A stretch of DNA of 64,000 nt from the human T2T-CHM13v2.0 reference genome, Homo sapiens. The first letter of the stretch is position 1; each line of letters opens with the position of its first letter. Made by a program: the position numbers and the translations under genes. The notes under the pieces are model-generated. The model did no database searches and was not told the origin of the DNA. It saw nothing but the letters and a program-made list of their open reading frames with translations. Below, piece by piece: positions 1 through 13,267 of the stretch. The stretch lies in the NCBI RefSeq assembly GCF_009914755.1, contig NC_060933.1. The stretch is one strand, 5' to 3'.

Positions 1-689
1 CAAATACGAAACTGAGAAATAGATCACATTTTACACTGAAATTTTGCACTGCTTCTGAGCATCTTGCCAAGAGCTATTCGAAAGACAGCAAATATTTTAG
101 GATTAAGGGTCTCCAAATCTGAGCAGAATAGGCCCAGCCGTGGAGTAGGTCAGCACTTCTGAGGCAGTTGCTTTCAGTTTTCATGGCCATGTTTGTATCC
201 ATGTCATGACTGAGTCAGGAAACCCGCCTGTTCTGTTTTGTTTTGTTTTACCAGTTTTGGTTGTTTGACCATCAGATTATACAATCGCTGAGACTCAACA
301 TGCTACAACTCAACTTGGCTGCAAAGATAGCAAAACATAGCATTTTTAAAAATCTGCCAGTCTTTAGAGAGTTGAATTGCATAATGTCTGTAGCTTACCA
401 AGTGTTTTTCCATCTTCAGTCTGATACAACCAAACTGAATAGTCTTGACAAGGTGATGTTTATGGTTGCTAAGACAGAAAACAATTCCCACCTTAAGCCC
501 TGTTCTCTCTTCCCTCTGCTTGCTCCCTGGGTGACTTCCTTCTTTCCTTTATTTAGTCATTCAATTGGTTTAAACTTCATTTTAACAAATGAATTCATTC
601 CAATATGCATGTGGTTTTAGCCACCACCTGATGCTGATGGCAGCCTGCTCCCTCTTGTCATCCACAAGTGAGTACTACTGTCTGCTGCA

Positions 690-1560
690 TGCACATTTCC
701 ACCTGGCTGCCTCATGAACACTTCTGCTCACCCTACATAGTCCCAAACTCTGCATTCCTCACACTTAAATGTAAAGCTTAACTCATTCTCTTTCCTCCTC
801 CTTCTTCTGAATTTCTAATTGATGGAAAGCTATCAGCACATTTTGCCTAAGCCAGAATACTAGGTATAACTATTGACCCAGCTCCCTCACCAATCTTATA
901 CAAATTGATTAATAAAACTTGCCCGCTCTGCCTGTTAACATCCCTGAATTCTGTGCCTTTTCCTGTTGTCGCTGTCGCTCAAGCCAACCTCATTTCTTAC
1001 TGGGATCACTGCATCAGCCTCCCATCATTTCTCCCCACCTCTATTCTTGTCCAATTTCAATAGATTCTATGCAAGTAAGAGTGATCTTTCTGAAATGCTT
1101 ATTTGACTGTGTCACTCACTACTAAAATCTTTCAGAGGCTCTCCGTGGCCCTCAGTCCAAGCTCCTTTGTTTGGCTTAAAAGTTTTCCATACCTTAACCC
1201 TTTCCTACCTATATAGCCCTGTTTTCTACTGCCATCTGCCTACTTCTACCCTCCAACTCTTCCCCAGTCTCTCTACCCGCCTCCCCAGCCTCCTTTCTCT
1301 CTCTCACTTCCCTGCATAGATGTATGGAGCCCTTGCTTCTTAAACAGCACTCCTTCTCTTCTCTGCCTATTTCTTTCCTTTTACCCATAAGTTAGCTAGT
1401 GGAACATCCTCCAGGAAGAATTCTCTTATCACCCTCCCCCCTTATTAAACTGTGACCTCCTTAAAGATAGGGCCCATGTCTTCTTCACTTCCGAAAGTCG
1501 ATTTCTAGCAGAGGGCCTCCCACATGGTGCTTCATAAAAACTCAAAGGTTCAATGAGAAT
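690..1560 (-). mobile_element. L2 LINE fragments (ancient, degraded)
   Basis: Pyrimidine-rich L2 3'-region-like motifs (cacatttccacctggctg..., gtgatctttctgaaatgc...tgtcactc, ctccttaaagatagggcccatgtc); boundaries approximate. Confidence 0.55.
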
Positions 1561-2203
1561 TTCCATCTCAGTGTATGACTGACAGTCTAAATGCAGCTCT
1601 CAGCCCAACATATTACCCAGAAGGCCTCAAGGACCTAGTGAAGAGTGACTTCCTGGGTCCTCGTGGGTTTTCCCTGCATCCTGAAGTGGGCACACAATTA
1701 AATGGCCAGCACTTACAGTTAAAAGCTAAGCAAACCTTCCACACCTTTCTGGAAGTTCACAGTAGCTCTGCTTTCATTTTGCAGATGAGAACATTGAGGC
1801 AAGGGAACAGGTGGCCAAAAATACCCTCATAGCCTTGAGAAAGTCCATCTTGATGTTATCCAGTGAAACTTAATGGCAACGCAGGAGCCAGGGAGCCTGC
1901 TTTATTTTGGAAATGAAAAAGTCAGTACAGTTGATGAGAATTTGAAGAGAAAAGACACAACAAAGTAGAAGGCTAACACCAATTCCAAACAATAGTAAAG
2001 AATCATAATAAAGTTACTATGAATCAAAATATCTCATATTTATCTCATTTATTTCTCACAATTATCTTTTTATTCCTGTTTGTTATAGGAAGAAATTAAA
2101 GCTCAGAGAAGTTCCATAACTTGCCCAGAACCTCACACACACTAGTGAACAGCATAGTCAACATTTGAACACCAGTTTGCCTGATTTCAAAGTCTACATT
2201 CTT

Positions 2204-2440
2204 GAATGTGAGGGTGATCTGGCTGTGACATCTGCCACCCACTGATCACCAGGGTTGATTCAGCTGATCTGGCTGTCTGGGCAGATGTCCCCTTCCTCCC
2301 TCACCGCTCCATGTGTGTCCTTCCCAAAGCTGCATGCTTGGTTGAAGAGGATGACCATCCCCAATAGAGGAGGGCCAGTCTTCAGTGAAGGGTATACGAG
2401 TAGCTGTGCTCCACTGCTAGAACCTCTAAACAAGCTCTCA
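2204..2440 (+). pseudogene. RN7SK: 7SK snRNA retropseudogene, 3'-truncated (about nt 1-240), no poly(A) tail
   Basis: Colinear with 7SK from GGATGTGAGGGCGATCTGGCTG (here gaatgtgagggtgatctggctg) to ...GCTAGAACCTCCAAACAAGCTCTCAA; flanked by 17-bp direct repeat tcaaagtctacattctt at 2187-2203 and 2438-2454; inserted in a MIR. Confidence 0.95.
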
Positions 2441-2686
2441 AAGTCTACATTCTTCATCATCAAGTGATATTACCTCTCTAAAGAGAAAATTGAAAAATTC
2501 AGGAAGACTGCTCCTTATGGGTGGCCAGGGCCATATATAGTAAACATTCCTTAACTATCTCTTAAATGAAAATGAGTGAGTGAAAAATTTATCTAGAATC
2601 TTCTGCTGGTTCATTTTCAGATTTCTTCCATTTACAGAACAGACTTCCCAGGAGTCCTCAGGCCAAGTCAGAACTGTCTGACTTGA

Positions 2687-2995
<309 letters not shown>

Positions 2996-3055
2996 TAAAG
3001 AGAAAAATCTAACCATTGACCGTATTGGACATGAACAAGATGCCAACAGCTTAAG

Positions 3056-3238
3056 CAGCATTGTCCAACAGAGCTTTCTGTGACTAAGGAAACATTCTAG
3101 AACTGCATTGTACTATCTAGAGGTAGCCACCTGTGGCTGTCCAGTACATGACATGTGGCTTGTGTGACTGAGAAACTAAATTTTAATTAATTTTAATTAA
3201 TATTAATTGAAATAGTCATATGTGGCCATTAGATGGCA
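3056..3238. mobile_element. MER3-like hAT-Charlie MITE
   Basis: cagcattgtccaacagagctttctgtga...tgtgactgagaaactaaattttaatt...agtcatatgtggc resembles MER3/MER33. Confidence 0.7.
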
Positions 3239-4870
3239 AAGACATTTCATTCAACAATTATTTATTGAACACTGAGCTAGATGATGTTAAGCACTGAACT
3301 AGGTGATAAGTGAGGTCAAAACTAAAACAATTCCTTGTCCTCATGGAGCTACAGTCTCATGAAGCTAGATATCAATCAAATAATTATACCAATAAAAATA
3401 AGATTGCAATAATGGTGATTGGTATGAATGAAGGTTATAAAGTCTATTGAGATCTGGATTAATCTGAGTGTCTCATGGAAGTTTCCTGAAGAAGGAATAT
3501 TTGGGTCTGATCTGATGGATGTTAACCAGGTGAGAACCTTCCCTGTAGAGGCAAATTGCCTGGTAGTGACAGACTCAGTGATCAAGGGAGCTCAAAACAG
3601 GCATATACTAGAATCTCCCAGGCACAATACAACTTCTATCTCATCCTTCTCTAGAGCCAGCCTTCCTACAGTTACATGCATGCCTAATTGCAGGGCTGGG
3701 TAGGAAGCCCCTCCCACTTCTACTCTCTGCCATGGCTGGCACATCTCACAGGTTCTCATGCTGAAATCTCCTCTTCTACCATCTACTACAAGTCTGCCCA
3801 CCATACAAAGGGTGCTGCTTGGCTGTTTTAGGCTCATGGCTCCTTAGAATGAACTGTGAAGGTTATGAGAAGAAGAACATTTAATAAGCTTAGTGAGCCT
3901 CTTCTCATTGCTTTCTTCTTTCCTTCCAATTAACATTGCGGTCTCACTTCTCCCTTCACGTGGGACAGTCATTTATTCTTTTCTCTGGTGGTTACTCTTT
4001 CCAGCCAACCTCTGACAATCTACCTTTCTGATGCCTCTTGCCAAAGGCATCTTACAATCTCAGGGGAGGGATGAAGGTTCACATACATAACATAATACAA
4101 GATGGCAGGTATTGAGTACCATCTTCATGGAACAAGTAACAATAAGCACTTAGACAATAATAAATCAAGGGAGACTTCACAAAGGGATGATATTGGGCTA
4201 TATCTTTAAAAATGTGTGCACACAGGAAAAGGAAGCCTTTCTAAGAGATAAAAATGTACAGGCAAAGGTCAAGGGCAGGGAAAGGCAAGAACTGCAACTA
4301 GAATTGTTTGGTTAGAGCCCTGAGGGAAGCAAGGCAAGCCAGACAAATTGAAGCCAGATGGCAAGGGGCCTTGAGTGTCACATAAAGCTATTTGAGCTGT
4401 TTTCATTAGGTAACAGCCACTGGAAATATGGGGAGGCCTGAGCTAATCTGAGCAGCATCTCACAAAGATGGATCTTAGAGTCATGTATGGAAGAATTTCA
4501 TTGGCTAAGAGACCAAAGTCAAGGAAACCAGAACAAAAGCTTTTGAATGGCCTTGCTTGGGCTTTCTAAGGCTTCACACTTTCTAAGTGTGCTGACTCTT
4601 TCTAAGTGCCTGACTCTTTATTGTACACCTGTTTTTGTTTTAATGTATCTATTAAACACTTACTAGACATTCACCAGGCATGTCCAATGCCAGACAACAA
4701 AGTTGACCTCCATCCTAACACTATGTTTTATTCATCCTGCATCCATAAACTCTAGCAGAACTCAAGTCAAGTAGTAGGCACTTAACAGATACTTGTTGAA
4801 GGACTGGTCAACTTCGGTTGCTAAACCATTGTAGCAACAAAGATAACAACAATAACAACAGCATGAGTAA

Positions 4871-5465
4871 TGTCAGAGGTGTTTGAATCAGAGTGCCTCC
4901 ATCTTGAATAGGGGCTGGGTATAATAAGGCTGAGACCTACTGGGCTGCATTCCCAGACAATTAGGCATTCTAAATCACAGGATGAGATAGGAGGTCGGCA
5001 CAAGATATAGGTCATAAAGACCTTGCTGATAAAACAGGTTGCAATAAAGAAGCCAGCCAAAACCCAGTAAAACCAAGATGGTGATGAGAGTGACTTATGT
5101 TCATCCCCACTGCTACATTTCCACCAGCACCATGACAGTTTACAAATGCCATGGCAAAGTCTGGAAGTTACCCTAGATGGTCTAAAAAGGGGAGGAACCC
5201 TCAGCTCTGGGAACTGCACACGCCCTTCCTGGGAAACTCATAAATAATCAACTTCTTGTTTAGCAAGTAATCAAGAAATAACCATAAAAATAGGCAACCA
5301 GCAGCCCAGGCTGCTACTCTGCCTATGGAGTAGCCATTCTCTATTCCTTTACCATCTTAATAAACTTGCTTTCGCTTTGTACTGTGGACTCACCCTGAAT
5401 TCTTTCTTGCGCGAGATGCAAGAACCCTCTCTTGGGGTCTGGATGGGGACCGCTTTCAGGTAACA
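4871..5465 (+). mobile_element. MER41 (probably MER41B) ERV1 solo LTR
   Basis: Starts tgtcagaggtgtttgaatcagag...ctccatcttgaataggggctggg, ends ...ggggtctggatggggaccgctttcaggtaaca; TG...CA termini; 4-bp TSD gtaa at 4867-4870 and 5466-5469; retains the tandem GAS-motif segment. Confidence 0.9.
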
Positions 5466-5479
5466 GTAATAAGAGTGAC

Positions 5480-5700
5480 ATCAGGGCATCACTCTGTCCC
5501 AGGCAATGGTATAAGTGCTTCACACAAATCAATTAATTTAATCCTCACAATTATCTTATGAGATAAGCATATTACTGTTCCTGTTTTACAGACAGGCAAA
5601 CTGAGACCCCTAAGAGAAAGGTCTTGCCCAAGACATCACAGATATTAAGTAACAGAGCTGGATCGCAAACCACAGCAACAGATCAGAGCCTATGTTCTCA
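5480..5700 (-). mobile_element. MIR SINE
   Basis: tttaatcctcacaa...ttttacagacaggcaaactgagac...cttgcccaagacatcacag MIR core. Confidence 0.75.
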
Positions 5701-7703
5701 CTCAGTATCTCACACCTCCTTTCATGGGGCTGTCTACTGATTTCTGGACTCTTCACCTTCCACATTCTGCTTTATGTCTAGAATAGCAAGAAGCAGAGAT
5801 ACTCTCCAAGTAAAAGTTCATCCAGACAGCCCACTTAAGAATTTCTGGAAGGGAGGATTTCCCTCCCTCCCACCTCTATGGTCATTATGGTCACTGTCAG
5901 CCAAGAGAGGCCATTCAGAGGTACATCCTGAGACAACATGAAGGATCTTTGTGGGAAAAAAGCAGAAGAGATGATGCAGGTGGCCTCCTGGGAAAGTGGA
6001 GGCAACCTGAAATTGGATAATGGGGTCCACCCTACACTGGGCATGAGGTAAGGAATTTTACCTTCTCACAATTCTCACCTGTGATGGAAGTATTATTATT
6101 CTCAGATAAATTGCCTAATGTCGCACCACTAACAAGGGGCAGGGCAAGTCTGTCTGAACTCTTTCCATCTCACCTCTCTGCCTCTGCCTCTACAATAATG
6201 GTGAAATTGGGGTGAGGACAAGAAGGAGAGAAGTGAGGGGTCATTTGTACCCCTCACCAACAAATGAAAAAGCAGACATTTGGAGAAGAATCATTTATAT
6301 TCTATGAGCATCATCATTAGGGTTTTGTGGGGAAGTGGGGGTTGTTCTGTGTTTTTGCTTTTGGCATGAAAACTAAATCTACCACATATTTTATCAAAAT
6401 GACATAGCTATTCCTTGTTATAAGAAAACTCACCACACCAAACCATTGCCATTACAAAGTGCATTAAAGTAGCAAATTATTTTTATTCTGCCTAAGTATA
6501 TAAATTACTAAATTTTTGAGGCTTCTCTAGTAAGTGTCATGCCAATGCTATTATCTTAACCTGGTTCAATGAGCCTTATCTTGAATATCACCTAGTGTTC
6601 ATAATGGAAATTTTAAAACAAAAATCTGAGGTCAAACAATATGTATTGAAAGCAGACACCTGGCCTGAATGACACAACCTCAGGTCGTTCAGTGATTCTC
6701 CTGATTATCTGTATTTTTGAATAGAAGAAAATGGTTTTTCAGATTTGTATTTAAATATCAAAATAACAGTAGTAGAGGCAAATCTCCAAGGCCTGATATT
6801 GTCTTAGATCCACAGTTTTTAGTATTTTTCCTTCAACTCTTCAGTGGGATAAAATCATTACAAAAGTCCCCTTAAGATCTCATTAAGAGGAGACCCCATG
6901 AAGCTGACCCCACAGGGAGATATAGGTAGGGTACAGCCATCCTATCTCATAAAGAAAGAACAAGCCCTTTTGATGAATCTCAAACTGTCTTCATCTTAGT
7001 CCAAATGTAGGAGTTACATGTGAACCAACCAATCGACATCTCACTCCTTATAACTAACAGTGCCTGCAGAGGCTGTTCTTGGGCTCTTTCTGAGGTGTTG
7101 ACTGAAGTCCTAAGATGCAGAGTCTCTGGTTTCTTCCCAGAGTCCCTGGGCTTGGTGGAGGTCCTGGAATCCAAGCCACAGTGAACTCATGATCCAAGGG
7201 TTTACTCACTGGTTCATGCAACAGGGAGAGAGGCCCAGTTCACCTGGGGCTGGTTTGGAGGGTCTAGAAAATATAAAAAGTGAAGCTCTCCTGGCCCACA
7301 GAGAAAAGGTAAGAAAGTGTGTCTGGGGAACAGGAAGGCACTCATTAGGATACGGAGCATCTCCTAGGGGCAGAGTGATTTTGATTCAGATTCAGACTGT
7401 AACAGCTCCTGGCATCATGCAAATGAAAGCACCAAGGAGTCTTTCTTCCATGAAAACGGGGCAAGTTGCCCTTTTTTTTTCAAGTAGCTAAGCAACAAAA
7501 AATATAAATTACATCACAGAATGGTTGCCTAGAAAGAAGAGAAACTATTTGGGCTTCAAAAATGAACTTTCTTTTTGAGAAATATTTAATTGTGTCTAAA
7601 AATTTATAGAAAACAAAAGGTAATGAAATGGCCCTAAATCACCTTAGGGTTAAAAATAAGTAAAAATAGTTCTGGCTGAGTGTAACAGTGAGTGTGAGTA
7701 AGA

Positions 7704-7729
7704 GTGTGCCTGTGCGCGCGCGCGCGCGC

Positions 7730-7764
<35 letters not shown>
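7704..7764. repeat. Compound (TG)/(CG)8/(TG)n microsatellite
   Basis: (CG)8 at 7715-7730 followed by a TG run to 7764. Confidence 0.95.
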
Positions 7765-7765
<1 letters not shown>

Positions 7766-8027
7766 ACATGTATAAATCTGTCTTCTGCCTAGACTGAAAA
7801 TCATTTGAAGACAGAGACTATGATATTTGGGCTGAATTGAAATCAAATGAATTTCTAATGACAAATTTTGATCTATTCCTCTCCCAGTCTTTCTTTTCTT
7901 TAAAATGGCACTATTTTCCCCCTGTCTACATATTAGAAACTCCCATTAACTATAAACTCCTGGAAAATAGAGACCACTTACTTATCTCTTTTGGTTACCT
8001 AATTCCATAACATTCACCTAGTTATCT

Positions 8028-8045
8028 GTCTCTCTCTCACACACA

Positions 8046-8079
<34 letters not shown>
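8028..8079. repeat. (TC)n(CA)n microsatellite with internal gcgcgc
   Basis: Directly visible. Confidence 0.9.
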
Positions 8080-8471
8080 ACACATTCAAATACTTCATAA
8101 GGAAGTCTAGGAAGAGCTAGCTAATCGATACATATTTACTGAAACACTTTTGAGTATGTACAATGTGCATGGAAGTTATGAGAATTTGTAAGAGCTGCAC
8201 CAAGAAATGAAATGGTTGAATTCTGATTGTGGATTCCTACACCATAGAAAATACTCATAAAAAAATTATAGCACAACTGTTTCATTGGTATAAAAAGAGA
8301 AACATAATCTGTGCTGGCTGTTTTCCTACTTCTAAGTGTGTCTATATGTTTTCTTTATTTCAAGCAAACAAACACACATTGAACACCTATATAAAACACT
8401 ACTGTAAGAAGAAAGACAGTAAAGGGTCAGATAGGTGTCTGCCCTTAACATGTTCAGGAAGAGAAGAATAA

Positions 8472-9011
8472 GACAATATGGTTGGCAGAAGAGGTGGGAG
8501 TGTCAAGACTGAAGAATATGTCCATATTTTGCCACTTTCTTGCTGCGTGACCTCAGATAAGTAGCTTAATATTCCTGAGCTTTAGTTTTATCTTCCGTAA
8601 AACAGGGATAACGGTACTTGAAGGTTTTCACAAAACTCATATAAAATCATGAAAGTGATGTGCAATCTATAAAGTACTATTAAATGTTAACTAAAATATA
8701 ATTTCACAGATAATCAACATATCTACTACATTCACTGAATGGTTGAAACTGGAATTCTGGCCATCCTGGGGTTAAACCTGGCTTGCATTGTGTGTTTTTA
8801 AAACTTTGAAAGAGTCTCAACACTTAAAACTCAAATTTAGATTCCATTAAATAAAAATCTGAAAAATCTTACAGCATTGGACGCACATTATTAATAACAA
8901 TAATGGGCTAAAATTGAGTAGCAATGCTACTTTTAGATGGAAGAGTTATCTTTTAGTTAGCCACAGTCTCCACTATTCCCTTTTGGCTTATGTAAGTTAG
9001 AAATCACTACA
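8472..9011 (+). repeat. Copy 1 of a diverged local duplication (MIR + spacer + MER102-like)
   Basis: Colinear with 12171-12811; shared exact words ataaaatcatgaaagtga, tggccatcctggg, aaactcaaattt, agaaatcact. Confidence 0.85.
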
Positions 9012-9654
9012 ATAAAAGAGAGATGGGGTAAGTGCAACAAAAGAAGGGGAACTGGCAGGGAGATGGGACTTCTGCATATTCAAGAGAACACTAGCAACTG
9101 GAAGGGCTTGGAGAGCTGCCTGGTAAAGGTGATATTTGAGGATGTGAGAATGAGGCGAGTTTAAAAGAACAGTTTGAAAGAAGGTACAGTGGCATGGGAA
9201 TTGGTAGTGATAACCACTATCAAATTAAGAGAAGGGTATGTGGAGAGTACTCATTTATTTATCCAATGTGTATTGAGAATCTAAGTGCCAGGCTCTGGAC
9301 ATCAAGAAACAATAGACAGATACTTGAACCTGCCTTCTCTGGAGCTCATAGCCTAGTGAGGAAGACACAAAAGTGGAGGTAACAAAGTTGAACAAAATCC
9401 CTTTGGGGGTCTTTGATGACAACTAGGAAAAAATCACAGTATTGCTCAATCTTTACTAACTAGACATGCTATTCAGGAGTTAGGATCATGAACCACAGAG
9501 AAGAGTCCAATTTTACCGTTAATCCCCTGTACACTCATCAACAGCTGGCCATGCTCATACACACCACTCTTTCCTAACTCTAACAAATAGAGATAAAACC
9601 AATATCAGCTACTTCCCAGTTCCTTTTGGATGATAATAGTAGAAAATAGAAGTG

Positions 9655-9807
9655 CAGATGCTTCTTGACATGTGAGGGGATTGCATCCCAATAAACCCAT
9701 CATCATAAATCAAAAATGTCCTGTTGAAAATGTATTTAATACACCAATAAACTCATTGAAAAGTCAAAAAATCATAAGTTGAAGTATCGTAAGTCAGGGA
9801 CCACCTG
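9655..9807. mobile_element. TcMar-Tigger MITE (MER47/Tigger5 family)
   Basis: Termini cagatgcttcttgac... and ...gtaagtcagggaccacctg followed by TA; internal cccaataaacccatc. Confidence 0.75.
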
Positions 9808-10454
9808 TAAAATTATTTGCAATGTAAAATATGTTATGTAAGTGTATGCTGTTAGCATTACCATTTCTCTGCTCTCCAGGGATCACTTACAGCATAGGCA
9901 GTAGGGACAATCTCCTAACAGGGAAACAGCAAGAGTAATGCTTCATAACTGTTCATGGGTGATGGAAGACAAGGGCAGAATGAGTGTGAGCACAAGCCTT
10001 TAAACTACACAGACTTGAATTCAAATCCTGTGTTCACCATTTGTTACCTGAATAACTGGGCCTGTTTCCTCACTTATAAATTATATCTAATAATATCTCT
10101 TTCCTAAGGCTGTCATGAGAATAAAATTAGAGTTAGCACAGTGCCTGGTTCATAGTTATTATTTGATAAATGGCAATAAAGATTGTTTTACTTACAGCTC
10201 AACTATCTCAAGATGATAGAGGTAGCGTTGCAGAATCAAGGAATCATAGAACTAGAATGACCTCAAAAATTGTATTTTCTCTTTCTGAGACTATGGTCTT
10301 TCACATCTTGTTCTAGCATTTCTTACTCCAAAAGTTGTGATCCGACTTATTCATTAAAAGAATTCCTCCTCCTAAATGTAAGATCATTTTGTCTTATTTT
10401 ATTCCTCTGTAGAATAACAGGACTAGAGAAAAAATCTGGATAAGACCAAGATCT

Positions 10455-10562
10455 AAAATGACCAAATGTTCTGATTTGCCTGGAACCAAGGAGTTTCCCA
10501 GGACACTGCATTTTCCATGCTAAAATGAGGACAGTCCTGGGGAAACAGACAGTTGGTCACTG
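10455..10562. mobile_element. MER81-like hAT-Blackjack MITE
   Basis: Inverted ends tgaccaaatgttctgatttgcctgg... and ...cagttggtcac. Confidence 0.7.
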
Positions 10563-12170
10563 TACCTCAGTTAGTGGTGCCATGTTTTGACCTCTGGTTA
10601 AGCTAGAAAAGCCAAAAACTGTACAACCTCAGTACATTCTATTTCTTACCGTATACAAATACTGACAACTAGGAGTGGTAAGAAAACTAGAAGCAAATGC
10701 CCCAGGTGGACCAGTGTATGCACTGCCACCTTTCTCCCTTAATTAAACCTGGTCTTTACATTGCCAGGACTCTCTGGCTTGGTAGTTATAGTCACCGTGG
10801 AAGAAATGTGGCCTTCCCGTTGTAGCTATATATCTGATGCTATCTCAGAATCTCACAACTTGATGTGAAGTGATTTTTGAATGAACAGTATCTATAGGGA
10901 AAGGCTTGTTTTTGTGTCTTGTCTTATGCAACCTGGATCAGAACAAAAACATGGCACCTTTTTTACTTCAGTGACTGTATGTGAATTTTGTCTCCACTGA
11001 TTTAGGCCAAAGTTCTCTTGTCAATGTATTTGTCTGTCTGATTAACGGCAGTCCTCTCTTCTTTGGCTAGGATGCCCAAAGCACATTACTGAGTAGCTTG
11101 TGAACCAAATAATGATGGCTGAAGGTATGAGCTCTCTGATAAATTTGCACATATCAGACAAAATGGGCTTACATTACCTATATCAGAAAAAATGGGCTTA
11201 CATTTAGGAGGAGGAATTCTTGTAATGAATAAGTAGGATCACAACTTGCAGCTGTTTAACTTTATTTTTCATGAACTTAAAATAACTTAGGAAACTTTTT
11301 TGCTTTGGAATTGTCTTTCGTTTTTCTCTCAAAGCCTTGAAGTCGGTCAGGACAATGTCTGAATACAGAGAGAACGAGAAACATTCCCTCTACGATGCCC
11401 CCAATTCCTTTGAGGGTTATAGGAAATAAGCCAATAATTTCCAGTGGTCAGTCAGTTTTTCCAGTAATTTAAATGACTCACAGTGGTATAAACCAGGTCC
11501 TGTTGAGAAGCATTACACCATCCCCTTGTGATGATAAGCAGAAGCTCTTTAGTGAAGTTGTACAAACTCAACTTTCAGCAGCATCAGCCACATAATCAGA
11601 TGATCTTGAAGAGCCATCTTGATTTTTAAAACATTGAAAAATAGGTCTTTAAAAAACATGGAAGATTTAACAAATGACAAGCTGGAAAAATAAATTGTAA
11701 CACATATGACCTACAAGTGATCTGGTTTCCTTAATATATAAAAAGCTCTTATAATTCAACAAGAAAAAGCAGATTAACCATCCAATAGAAAAATGGATAA
11801 AGATCACAAGCAGGCTTCTTCTTAGAATATACAAATGGCTTATAAGATTTTGAAAAAGATGTTCAACTTCATTAAAAGCAAATGTTCAAAACCTATAATA
11901 AAGCAATAGTATAAATTTATTTTATTATGATAAATTACATTGAAACATTTTGAGATAGCAAAAGAATAAACACATATTAAATGTTCATCAGTTTGAAATT
12001 GAATGGTACAAGAATGGAGATTCAGTATTCCTTCCTTATGAGGATCCTCTCAAAACCCTTTCTTGTTGTAAGAACAGACTTTCACAGACCATTGGTTGGA
12101 GGAGTGATGTTTCCTTATTTGACCTCCAGAGCTGCTAAATAGGATGAAAAAGGTCTGTGTTTGCAGACAG

Positions 12171-12811
12171 GACAATATTGTTGGCAGGAATGCTGGGGTG
12201 TCCAAGACTAGAGGATGAACCTAGGTTCTGCATTTTCTTGCTCTGTGACTTGTGAACAAGTCACTTAACATTCCTGAACTTAAGGTTTCTCCTTTGCAAA
12301 ATAGGGATAACAGCACCTCACAGGGTTTTCATGAGACTCTGATAAAATCATGAAAGTGACTTGCAAACTGTAAAGCACTATAACATGTATATTTTAAAAA
12401 TTTCACAATTAGCATATCTACTTGTTAACATATTAACATATCTACATATTAACAATGGGATTGTTAATTCTGCCAGACTTTATAGATCATCCGTGGCCAT
12501 CCTGGGATCAAATCTGGCCTGCACCATGTCTTTAAAGCTTTGAATTATCAACATTTCAAACTCAAATTTCAGGGTTTTAAAAAGTCTGGAAGATCTGACA
12601 ACATACTGCCCACATTCTAGCATGGCAATAATAGACTAGAATTGAGTGGTGGAGCCTCTTTTAGACGGGATGTTTACCCTCCACTTGGCCACAAGTCATC
12701 ACTACTCCCTTTTGTCTTATGCTTCACTCATTTACACTTCCTGTCTGTAGGCCTTTGAATTGCAACCCTGCAGTTAGTTTGTCACCATAGTTTGCAAAAG
12801 AAATCACTGCA
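12171..12811 (+). repeat. Copy 2 of the local duplication (MIR + spacer + complete MER102-like end)
   Basis: Colinear with 8472-9011; carries MER102-type terminus gcttcactcatttacac...tttgaattgcaaccctg that copy 1 lacks. Confidence 0.85.
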
Positions 12812-13267
12812 GACCAGGAAAGTAGGGTCTTGGTCACCCCCACCCAGCAAGCACTGAAACCCACCAGAAGAATCTTTATGGCCACTTACTCTTCAATTCA
12901 TGTGTGCCTCACACACCACAACTTTGAAGCTCTGAGCCCACAGTCAAGCTCATTTATTTTCTACAAAACAAGAGAGAAGATCCGTTTGTCCTGTAGCTTG
13001 ATCTGGGCTCCCTCTTACTAGCTCCCTCTTGAAAAGCTAGATTTCAAATGAGAATAATCCTCAATTAAAACCCTGTCTTGATTTCCCTTTTTGGCCACTC
13101 TTGCCCACCCCAGTGTCCGTTAGGCAGTTCCTCTGCTACAGTTTCCGTGACTGTGTGCTCACAGGCCTAGTCACTTTATAAGAAACTTCACTTCAGCAGG
13201 ATGTGAACACCACAGGGGAAACGGTCTGGCAGAATTTATCCTGCTAACAGTATTAAAACTGGTTCAG

